The position numbers and the translations under genes are program-made. A DNA stretch of 10,664 bases from Bdellovibrionales bacterium (lineage in GTDB: Bacteria > Bdellovibrionota > Bdellovibrionia > Bdellovibrionales > JAMPXM01): NCBI GenBank assembly GCA_043739185.1, contig JAYUEN010000449.1:1-10664 (forward strand), in the 5' to 3' direction. Below, one piece after another: positions 1-7,500 of this stretch. Each line of letters opens with the position of its first letter. The stretch's first letter is position 1. The notes beneath the pieces are model-generated. The model was not told the origin of the DNA and searched no databases. It was given only the letters and a program-made list of their open reading frames with translations.

Positions 1-176
1 GTGTGGATTTTTAAACTCAAGATACATTAACACAACGTCCTGGTTTTGGTGTCTACCCCTCTTGGCATAATCCAGACCCTTCTACTTTACCGAGAACCGC
101 GCGGTCTTTGGTAAAACACTGACCATTAGCGGCTGACAGAGACGATTTTTGAGCCGTGAGAAATACAAAGGACAAG

Positions 177-974
177 ATGAAAAAGAAAATATTGGGCCTT
201 TTTTTACTAACAATATCTTCAGCCGCCTTTGCTGAAGGCGATTTTAAGCTTGAGAGTTTACTCAATAAAAACATAGAAAATAAACTGCAGAGCTTTTCGA
301 CTGATGGCTGCTCAAAGTTTCCGGATGGCTATCCAGGCTCGAATCCCACGCAGTGGAGAAATTGCTGTATTGCTCACGATATCGCCTACTGGCAAGGCGG
401 CACAGCAGAGCAGAGAAAAACTGCCGATGCGAACTTAGACAAGTGTGTAACCAGTACCGGGGCTAATATTATTGGCTCGGCTATGTATTATGGCGTGCGC
501 TTTGGGGGCATTGCCGGATTACCCATGAGCTGGCATTGGGGTTATGGCTGGATAATCAATCGAGGATATAATCCACTGAGTGAAAGTGAGCAGGCACAAG
601 TAAATAAGCTCGTGACTGAAATTCCTCAGGATCAAGCTAAGCTAACAATTGCCACGCCAAATGCTTTTCGTGAGCGCTTAAGTTTAACCGGAGATAAATG
701 CATTGATATCGCAGTCGTAAGTATTTTGCAGGAGTTCGGGCATCCATTTCAAATTCAAGTAGTGAGCGAGGCTCTTGAGGCAAATGCGATTGAGTTCTAT
801 ACTCCAACATTTACAAAGTTGATCAGCATTAAAACCGACGCTTGCTCTGAGCCATTTGAATTTAAATTTAAATTGAGCAATGAGACGGATTGTCTGCAGC
901 CCATGAGTGAGATGGTCGCATCTAATCGAATTAGTTTGGCGAATATGAAAAAGCCGAAGGATATTTGTAAATAG
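177..974 (+). CDS. Secreted protein with an N-terminal prokaryotic phospholipase A2-like domain (CCxxHDxxY) and an unknown C-terminal region
   Basis: ORF 156..974. Start moved to ATG 177 because AAGGA lies just upstream and MKKKILGLFLLTISSAAFA is a typical Sec signal peptide (AFA cleavage site). Motifs TDGCS, WRNCCIAHDIAYWQGG, RKTADANLDKCV and MYYGVRFGG resemble His-Asp dyad PLA2-fold proteins. Function is inferred from the motifs only. Confidence 0.7.
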   Translation: MKKKILGLFLLTISSAAFAEGDFKLESLLNKNIENKLQSFSTDGCSKFPDGYPGSNPTQWRNCCIAHDIAYWQGGTAEQRKTADANLDKCVTSTGANIIGSAMYYGVRFGGIAGLPMSWHWGYGWIINRGYNPLSESEQAQVNKLVTEIPQDQAKLTIATPNAFRERLSLTGDKCIDIAVVSILQEFGHPFQIQVVSEALEANAIEFYTPTFTKLISIKTDACSEPFEFKFKLSNETDCLQPMSEMVASNRISLANMKKPKDICK

Positions 975-1079
975 GATGGGGGGGGCAGATCAGTCTTCGT
1001 GGCAGCTGCGGCGGTTTACAGTTTTTCGGTTTCAGCTAACTTATTACAGTTTGCCTGATGCTTTGAGGCCGAGTTGTCT

Positions 1080-2330
1080 TTAGGAGACATTCTCGGCGGC
1101 AGCTACTAGATAGCCCTGCCACCTGGTGAGCAATTGCGGGGTCATATGGGCTATGCACAAAGTTCCTGAGCTTGCAGCTTCGCGCTTGGTAATTTGTGTT
1201 TCTCGACCCAGTTCATAGATTTTATATTCTTCAGATTTCGGAAAGAAAAGTTCAACTTCTTGATAGAGGGCTTTAACAGTTTCACTCATCATGCGTTTTA
1301 AACGGTCAATTCCTTCGCCGGTTTGTGCGCTTATGAAAACCCGAGGAAAGGCTTTTACTTGAAACTGCTTTTCAAATGCCGCCTGATCAATTTTATTAAA
1401 AACATGAATGATAGGTTTGTGATGCCAGTTGAATTCTTCAATAAGCTTTTCAACAACCTCAACTTGACGAACCATTGCTGGATTAGACAAATCAACCACA
1501 TGAAGTAAAATATCGGCTTCGTCCGTCTCTTCAAGCGTTGCTTTAAAGGCTTCAATTAGATTGGTCGGAAGCTTTCGTATAAAACCCACGGTATCGGTAA
1601 TCACCGCATTGATTGGGCCATCTGGTAAAAATACTTTGCGAGTGGTTGGATCAAGTGTAGCAAAAACTTGATCTTGTACAAATACCTGACTCTGGGTGAG
1701 CTGATTTATAAGCGTTGATTTTCCGGTATTGGTATAGCCAATCATTGCAAAACTTGGGGTCTTATTGCGCTTTCGGCTCGCACGATGTTGGGCGCGGTGT
1801 TTCTTAACACTTTCAAGCTGCTTTCGGATTTGTTTCATGCGATCGCGAATTCGTCTGCGATCTAGTTCGAGTGCGGTTTCTCCTGGGCCCCTAGTGCCGA
1901 TACCGCCGCCTTGCCTTGAGAGAGAGCCCATCCACGCATCAACCATGCGAGGGAGTTGATCTAACATCTGAGCGAGCTCCACTTGAAGCTTTCCTTCGTG
2001 TGAGTGGGCGCGCATGGCAAAGATATCTAGAATGACTTGATTGCGATCTAAAACCGGAACGAGCAATTCTTGCTCTAGGTTACGACATTGAATGCCAGAG
2101 AGTTGATGGTCGACGATGACCATGCTTGCAGAGGATTCTTGAACGAGACTTTTTAATTCTTCGACTTTGCCAGATCCGAGCAGAGTTGCCGGATGATATT
2201 GCGTTAGGAGTTGCGTGATAGAGCCTACGATTTCACAACCAGCTGCCTCAGCAAGCTCTTCAAGCTCGCAAAGATTTTCTTTTAATTCAGTAAAGGCTTC
2301 AGTTTTAAGGCCGACTCCTACTACTATCAC
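1080..2330 (-). CDS. hflX: Ribosome-splitting GTPase HflX (true start possibly ATA at 2363)
   Basis: G1 GYTNTGKS, G2 FATLDPT, G3 DTVGFI, G4 NKID, G5 SAQTG. HflX signatures ILDIFAMRA, EGKLQVELAQ and GGGIGTRGPGETALELDRRRI. The frame stays open upstream of GTG 2330 until TGA at 2379-2381. Confidence 0.97.
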   Translation of the reverse strand: MIVVGVGLKTEAFTELKENLCELEELAEAAGCEIVGSITQLLTQYHPATLLGSGKVEELKSLVQESSASMVIVDHQLSGIQCRNLEQELLVPVLDRNQVILDIFAMRAHSHEGKLQVELAQMLDQLPRMVDAWMGSLSRQGGGIGTRGPGETALELDRRRIRDRMKQIRKQLESVKKHRAQHRASRKRNKTPSFAMIGYTNTGKSTLINQLTQSQVFVQDQVFATLDPTTRKVFLPDGPINAVITDTVGFIRKLPTNLIEAFKATLEETDEADILLHVVDLSNPAMVRQVEVVEKLIEEFNWHHKPIIHVFNKIDQAAFEKQFQVKAFPRVFISAQTGEGIDRLKRMMSETVKALYQEVELFFPKSEEYKIYELGRETQITKREAASSGTLCIAHMTPQLLTRWQGYLVAAAENVS

Positions 2331-2355
2331 ACGTTCGCGTTTAGAAATGCTTGGT

Positions 2356-2382
2356 TTAGTTATTTCGCATCCTCTCCATCAA
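2356..2382 (-). CDS. Candidate short uORF (M)MERMRNN in the hflX leader
   Basis: AGGAGG at 2391-2396 (minus strand) lies 8 nt before TTG 2382 and 11 nt before ATG 2379. Stop TAA at 2356-2358. Out of frame with hflX. Confidence 0.3.
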   Translation of the reverse strand: MMERMRNN

Positions 2383-2425
2383 TTTTACGGCCTCCTGCAA
2401 ACATTTTGGTTTGAAAAACACACAT
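2360..2425 (-). CDS. Candidate 21-aa hflX leader peptide MCVFQTKMFAGGRKIDGEDAK
   Basis: ATG at 2425 with GAGGA 9 nt upstream, downstream of the predicted promoter. Its TAA (2360-2362) overlaps an hflX-frame ATA (2361-2363) as ATAA. No homology recognised. Confidence 0.3.
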   Translation of the reverse strand: MCVFQTKMFAGGRKIDGEDAK

Positions 2426-2463
2426 CAAAGGCAATCCTCGCCAATGACATGTGACACACTTAT

Positions 2464-2492
2464 ATTTTACTTAAGAATGCTAAAAAGCACAA
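2464..2492 (-). promoter_or_regulatory. Predicted sigma70-type promoter for hflX
   Basis: Minus strand reads TTGTGC-N17-TAAAAT (-35 at 2487-2492, -10 at 2464-2469), implying a TSS near 2457. Confidence 0.5.
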
Positions 2493-2496
2493 AAAA

Positions 2497-2513
2497 AATC
2501 TCAATTTGAGATT
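2497..2513. promoter_or_regulatory. Palindromic protein-binding-site candidate AATCTCAA-T-TTGAGATT
   Basis: Perfect 8-bp arms around a 1-nt centre, just upstream of the predicted hflX -35 box. The TCTCA-N3-TGAGA core recurs at 10513-10525. Confidence 0.55.
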
Positions 2514-2582
2514 GAACTTTTGCCATTTAGGCCAAGGTCTAGGCAAAACTCGAAGCTTTCGCGCTCTCACTAATAGAGGGTA

Positions 2583-3563
2583 TTAATTTTTATTTAACTT
2601 ACGATCCCAATCCCAGGCAGAGCGAACCATCGATTCGAGATCTGAAAAGCGCGGAGAGTATCCGAGTACTTGCATCGCTTTTTCACTCGAGGCCACCATT
2701 TTAGCGGGATCGCCTTTTCTTCGAGGAGCCAATTGCGTTTTCAATTTAACGCCACTTACTTTTTCAACAGAATTGAGAATTTCTCTAACAGAAAAGCCCT
2801 TTTCACTTCCGATATTGTAGTCTTCATACTTTACGTTTTGGGAGAGTAATCTTTTAAGTGCCAACTCATGGGCCTGAGCCAGATCCCAAACGTGAACGAA
2901 ATCACGAATACAGGTTTTATCAGGTGTTTGATAGTCGTCTCCAAAAATTGAAAATACACTTTGCTCGCGTGCGGCCTTTAAGGCGAGTGGGATCAATCTG
3001 GTTTCGTGATTATGCCATTCACCGGTTCGTAATTTAGGCTCGCTGCCCGCGGCATTGAAAAACCTTAGGACAATGCACTCAAGATTCACCATAGCTGAGA
3101 GCTTTCTTAAGTGATTTTCGATTTTTAGTTTGGATTCGCCGTAAGGGCTAATCGGTTTTTTTTCATAACTTTCGTCAATCAGATCAGAATTGGCTTCGCC
3201 AAACACACTACAGCTAGATGAAAATACAAATTTCTTCACGCCACTTTTAATAAGAAGTTCGAGAAACTTTTCAGTTTGAGTCACATTATTTTCAAAATAT
3301 TCTTGTGCGCGCTCAAAGGACTCTGCGACCACAGCTTTTGCTGCCAAATGCATAACACAATCAAACTTTCGATATTTTAGAAGATCTTCGATTTGCTTGG
3401 GGTCGCCAACTTTAGATTGAATATAGCTCTCGGTGGGCACAAGTTCTTTTTTGCCAGTCGAGAAATCATCGATAACAAAGACGGTATGTCCTTTGTCTAT
3501 CAGCCAGTGGCTGACTGTGCTACCTATGTAGCCGCCGCCGCCGGTGACCAGTACGCTTGCCAT
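2583..3563 (-). CDS. galE: UDP-glucose 4-epimerase
   Basis: Extended SDR family: VLVTGGGGYIGS NAD-binding motif, VFSSS, YGESK (YxxxK), LRFFNAAG, IFGDDYQTPDKTCIRDFVHVWDLAQAH, RRKGDP. AGGA lies upstream of the ATG, which is 11 nt after the maeB stop. Confidence 0.93.
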   Translation of the reverse strand: MASVLVTGGGGYIGSTVSHWLIDKGHTVFVIDDFSTGKKELVPTESYIQSKVGDPKQIEDLLKYRKFDCVMHLAAKAVVAESFERAQEYFENNVTQTEKFLELLIKSGVKKFVFSSSCSVFGEANSDLIDESYEKKPISPYGESKLKIENHLRKLSAMVNLECIVLRFFNAAGSEPKLRTGEWHNHETRLIPLALKAAREQSVFSIFGDDYQTPDKTCIRDFVHVWDLAQAHELALKRLLSQNVKYEDYNIGSEKGFSVREILNSVEKVSGVKLKTQLAPRRKGDPAKMVASSEKAMQVLGYSPRFSDLESMVRSAWDWDRKLNKN

Positions 3564-3574
3564 TTCGTTCCTAC

Positions 3575-5872
3575 TTAAGAAGGTTGAGTGCTATGTTTTT
3601 CTTTAAGGGCCTGTGCTTCAAGTGCGGTCATAACAATCGAATTGAAAACATCATCGACGGTTCCGGTTCGTTGTAAGACATTGGCCGCCTTTTTCACACC
3701 CATCAAAAAGGGTCCGATTACTTCGCCGCCACCCAATTGTTGAACGAGTTTATAAGCGATATTGCCCGCATCTAAATTTGGGAAAACTAAAATATTGGCG
3801 CCATTTTTGATTTCGCAAAAAGGAAAGATACGTTTAACGATATCGGGATTCACCGCCGTATCGGCCTGCATTTCGCCATCTACTTTTAGATGTGGATAAT
3901 TTTTACGAACCATCTCGGCAGCTTCAAGCATCTTTGAGGGATTGGTACCCTGACTGGTAAAATTTGAATATGAAAGCATGGCGATTCGAGGTTCAATTCC
4001 GAAATATTCGGCTACGCGGGCTGCGTGAATCGCGATACTTGCAATTTGTTCTGCCGTCGGATTTATATTCACTGCTGTATCAGTAAATAAAATCATTCGA
4101 TCTTTGAACATGACAATATTTAATCCTGAAGCTGTACGTCTTCTGCCAGCACCAATGATCTGTAAAATAGGGCGTACGCAATCCGCATAGTTTTGCGTGG
4201 CTCCGGTAACCATTCCGTCGGCGGCTCCCGTGTCGAGCATCATGGCGGCAAAATAATCAGGATTTTTCAGGAGGCGTTCAGCTTCTCTTTGCATCATGCC
4301 TTTGCGTTTACGCTTATCGTAAAGCAGCTGAACATATTCTTTGAATTTGGGATGATCGACAGGATTGATCACTTCGATATCCCTCATATTATCAAAGCCA
4401 AATTCTTCAATTCGTCTTTTATATTCAGACGGAGAGCCGAGTAAAACCGGAATCATAAAGTTTTCATCCATCGCGCGATGAACGGCTTTGATGATCTTGG
4501 ATGAATCACCTTCAGGAAAAATAATTTTGGGAAGACTCAAATTCTTGGCTTTTGCTTGATCGGTTACGCGATGAATGATCGAGCGCACGAAACTTGTTTT
4601 AACGCCCTGTAAGGCCTCTAATTTATCGCGGTATGCTCCGAAGTCGGTAATTGGTTTTTTGGCAACACCTGTGTCCATAGCGGCTTTTGCTACTGCAGGA
4701 GTTACCCAGAGTAAAACTCTCGAATCAAATGGTTTAGGAATAATATATTCTGGGCCAAAGCTAAATGTTTGCCCACCATAAGCCGCCGAAACATTTTCGG
4801 GAACATCTTCGCGCGCAAGCTTTGCGATGGCGTGAACGGCGGCTAATTTCATTTCTTCATTGATTTGTGAAGCTCTCACATCAAGAGCTCCGCGAAAGAT
4901 AAACGGAAAACCTAAAACATTATTCACTTGATTCGGAAAATCACTTCTCCCAGTTGCCATGATGACATCGGGACGTGCTTTTTTAGCTAGAATTGGGCTG
5001 ATTTCAGGGTCCGGATTTGCCATTGCAAATACAATGGGTTTATCGGCCATGACCATCAACATTTCAGGAGTGACTGCGCCGGCAACACTGAGTCCAATGA
5101 AAACATCTGCGCCTTTCATGGCATCCAAAAGGCTGCGATCTTTGGTTTCGACCGCAAAGATTTCTTTGTATTTATTCATGCCATCTTTGCGGCCTTTATA
5201 AATTACGCCCTTTGAGTCGCACATAGTGAGATTTTTAGGATTGACCCCTAAAGAAATAAATATTTTTCCGCAGCTCACACTCGCAGCACCTGCGCCATTC
5301 ATTACGACTTTTATTTTTTCCATTTTTTTACCGGTTACGATGCAAGCGTTGAGGAGAGCCGCACCCGATATAATCGCAGTTCCATGTTGATCATCGTGAA
5401 AAACCGGAATATTCATTTCTTTCTTTAAGCGCTCTTCAATTTCAAAACATTCAGGTGCCTTGATATCTTCGAGATTGATTCCACCAAAAGTTGGTTCAAG
5501 CGCCTTGACAGCTTGAATGAATTCTTCAGTTGTTTTGGTATTCATCTCGATATCAAAAACATTGATGTTGGCAAATTGCTTAAACAAAACTCCCTTGCCC
5601 TCCATTACGGGTTTGCCAGCAAGCGGGCCGATATCTCCTAGACCTAGGACTGCCGTTCCGTTGGTGATCACTCCAACTAAATTTCCTTTAGTTGTATAAT
5701 CGTAAACTTTGTCTGGGTCTTTTGCGATTTCTTTACATGGAGCTGCGACGCCGGGAGAGTAAGCGAGCGATAGGGCTTTTTCAGTTGAACAATTTTTCGA
5801 GGAAATAACCTCGACCTTTCCGGCAGGATATGAGCTGTGATACTCGAGGGCTTCTTTATCAAAATTGTTCAT
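3575..5872 (-). CDS. maeB: NADP-dependent malic enzyme fused to a phosphotransacetylase-like domain (MaeB), 765 aa
   Basis: [60 protein letters not shown] and [13 protein letters not shown], followed by a PTA-like domain ([26 protein letters not shown]). Start moved from 5944 to ATG 5872 ([12 protein letters not shown]), which has AGGAG at 5882-5886. Confidence 0.96.
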   Translation of the reverse strand: MNNFDKEALEYHSSYPAGKVEVISSKNCSTEKALSLAYSPGVAAPCKEIAKDPDKVYDYTTKGNLVGVITNGTAVLGLGDIGPLAGKPVMEGKGVLFKQFANINVFDIEMNTKTTEEFIQAVKALEPTFGGINLEDIKAPECFEIEERLKKEMNIPVFHDDQHGTAIISGAALLNACIVTGKKMEKIKVVMNGAGAASVSCGKIFISLGVNPKNLTMCDSKGVIYKGRKDGMNKYKEIFAVETKDRSLLDAMKGADVFIGLSVAGAVTPEMLMVMADKPIVFAMANPDPEISPILAKKARPDVIMATGRSDFPNQVNNVLGFPFIFRGALDVRASQINEEMKLAAVHAIAKLAREDVPENVSAAYGGQTFSFGPEYIIPKPFDSRVLLWVTPAVAKAAMDTGVAKKPITDFGAYRDKLEALQGVKTSFVRSIIHRVTDQAKAKNLSLPKIIFPEGDSSKIIKAVHRAMDENFMIPVLLGSPSEYKRRIEEFGFDNMRDIEVINPVDHPKFKEYVQLLYDKRKRKGMMQREAERLLKNPDYFAAMMLDTGAADGMVTGATQNYADCVRPILQIIGAGRRRTASGLNIVMFKDRMILFTDTAVNINPTAEQIASIAIHAARVAEYFGIEPRIAMLSYSNFTSQGTNPSKMLEAAEMVRKNYPHLKVDGEMQADTAVNPDIVKRIFPFCEIKNGANILVFPNLDAGNIAYKLVQQLGGGEVIGPFLMGVKKAANVLQRTGTVDDVFNSIVMTALEAQALKEKHSTQPS

Positions 5873-5903
5873 CTTTAGACTCTCCTGGGTTAGTGCGCAT
5901 TTA

Positions 5904-5932
5904 AGTTTCATAAATCCTAAAGCCATTGTCAA
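5904..5932 (-). promoter_or_regulatory. Predicted sigma70-type promoter for maeB-galE
   Basis: Consensus -35 TTGACA (5927-5932), 17-nt spacer, weaker -10 GAAACT (5904-5909). Confidence 0.45.
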
Positions 5933-5938
5933 ACCAGG

Positions 5939-5951
5939 GCACAATTTGAGA
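5939..5951. promoter_or_regulatory. Degenerate copy of the TCTCA-N3-TGAGA site
   Basis: Minus strand TCTCAAATTGTGC. It shares TCTCAAATTG with the hflX site and has the same 6-bp gap to the -35 box. Confidence 0.4.
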
Positions 5952-6135
5952 GTCAGCTTGCGTAAAGCATTTTTCTTAGGCAGGACCGCTTGGTCTAGTG
6001 CTGTGACAGGAAAGTTTCAAGCAAAACGGCTAGAAACTTTCCTGTCGCAGTACCAGTGAGGATTTGCTCTAGAAAAATAGCTTGATAGGGGGGATTCACC
6101 AAGCGCATGATAATGGCTTCAATAGGAGTTATAAA

Positions 6136-7497
6136 ATGTCGCAGAATCAAAAATCACCAGATGATGTAGTCATAGTTGACGGCCTTAGAACGCCTTTTGC
6201 TAAAGCTGACACCAAGCTTAAAAATATTCATCCTTCAGAGCTAGGACGAGTGGCTCTCAAAGAGCTCATTGAAAAAACCAATTTAGATGTCAATGTGGTT
6301 GATGAAGTCATTATCGGCAATACCGGTTCACCAAGTGATGCCGTTAATATATCGCGAGTTATTGCACTGAATGCAGGCATTCCGCAGCGAGTTCCCGCTT
6401 ATACGGTTCACCGAAATTGTGCTTCAGCTTTAGAGAGCATTGCAGATGGATATGAGCGCATTAAGTCAGGCACTTGCGAATGCGTCATCTCGGGTGGAAC
6501 AGAATCGATGTCTCAAATGCCACTTATGTTTTCAAAAGAATTTACAAAGATTTTTGCAGAACTTGGTGGAGCTAGGACCACCGGTCAACGCTTGCATGCA
6601 CTTGGCTCGCTTCTTAAAGCCGACTTGCAGCAAGTGGTCGAATTGGTCACCACTGGTCCTATGCAAAGTGCTCCGCATAAACCGAGGGTCGCAATCATTG
6701 AAGGTCTTACTGACCCCTTTGTCGGAAAAAATATGGGAGAAACCGCTGAGATTTTGGCAAAAGAATTTCATATCACCCGTGAAGAACAAGATGCTTTTGC
6801 ACTTTTGAGTCACCAGAAGGCATGCGCTGCTCAAAAAAACGGAAATCTCGCTAAAGAAATTACGCCCATTTTCTTGCCTCCACAATTCAAAGAAGTTGTG
6901 GGTGAGGATATTGGTCCGAGAGATACTCAATCACTTGAAGCACTCGGCAAATTAAAACCTATTTTTGATCGCAAGGGCGGATCTGTAACCGCAGGCAATG
7001 CGTGTCCGATTACGGATGGGGCGGCGATGGTGATTTTGATGAAGAGATCAAAAGCCGAAGCGCTTGGTTATAAACCAATTGCGAAAATTCGTGGTTATGC
7101 CTTTGCCGGTCTTGAGCCAGAGCGCATGGGTCTCGGTCCGGTTTATGCGACACCAATTGCATTGAAGCGTGCGGGCCTTAGCATGAAAGATATGGGTTTG
7201 ATTGAACTCAATGAGGCATTCGCCGCCCAAGCCCTGGCATGTATGAAAGCGTTTTCATCAGTAGAATTTGCTCAGAAAAAATTAGATCTGCCAACCAAGC
7301 TTGGCGACATTGATCCTAATATTATGAATGTGAACGGTGGCGCGATTGCACTTGGCCACCCTGTTGGAGCAACGGGGACAAGACTTGTCTTGACCCTCAT
7401 GAAAGAAATGCAAAGACGAAAAGTACAATTTGGACTCGCTACTCTCTGCATCGGCGGCGGGCAAGGCGGGGCCATGATTATAGAGAACGAGGCTTAA
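6136..7497 (+). CDS. fadI: 3-ketoacyl-CoA thiolase (FadI / trifunctional enzyme beta-subunit-like), 453 aa
   Basis: GLRTPF, HRNCASA (catalytic Cys), TAGNACPITDGAA, NEAF, NVNGGAIALGHP and LCIGGGQG. Start moved to ATG 6136 behind AGGAG (6124-6128). The thiolase-first order with the downstream multifunctional gene matches fadIJ. Confidence 0.93.
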   Translation: MSQNQKSPDDVVIVDGLRTPFAKADTKLKNIHPSELGRVALKELIEKTNLDVNVVDEVIIGNTGSPSDAVNISRVIALNAGIPQRVPAYTVHRNCASALESIADGYERIKSGTCECVISGGTESMSQMPLMFSKEFTKIFAELGGARTTGQRLHALGSLLKADLQQVVELVTTGPMQSAPHKPRVAIIEGLTDPFVGKNMGETAEILAKEFHITREEQDAFALLSHQKACAAQKNGNLAKEITPIFLPPQFKEVVGEDIGPRDTQSLEALGKLKPIFDRKGGSVTAGNACPITDGAAMVILMKRSKAEALGYKPIAKIRGYAFAGLEPERMGLGPVYATPIALKRAGLSMKDMGLIELNEAFAAQALACMKAFSSVEFAQKKLDLPTKLGDIDPNIMNVNGGAIALGHPVGATGTRLVLTLMKEMQRRKVQFGLATLCIGGGQGGAMIIENEA

Positions 7498-7500
7498 GTC

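Noticed and set aside
1..27. Possible start of a divergent minus-strand gene (ATG at 27, MYLEFKKST..., AGGA 10 nt upstream), or alternatively the tail of a plus-strand ORF ending near 71
   Set aside because: Too little sequence at the window edge to support either reading.
978..985. G8 homopolymer
   Set aside because: It lies just after a stop codon between convergent genes, so phase variation would have no evident target.
1016..1052. Direct repeat TTACAGTTT x2 (1016-1024, 1044-1052)
   Set aside because: Only two 9-nt copies in a convergent intergenic region. Not CRISPR-like and plausibly chance.
2356..2367. prfB-like +1 frameshift from the MERMRNN uORF into hflX
   Set aside because: The frames are +1 related, but AAC->ACT or AAT->ATA offers no cognate tRNA re-pairing.
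2518..2548. TTTTGCC...GGCAAAA hairpin as galE terminator
   Set aside because: 7-bp stem with an irregular 17-nt interior and no U-tract on the minus strand. Too weak to call.
2331..2582. Expected hfq gene upstream of hflX
   Set aside because: No ORF of suitable length or Sm-like motif (e.g. YKHAI) found in the minus-strand frames I read.
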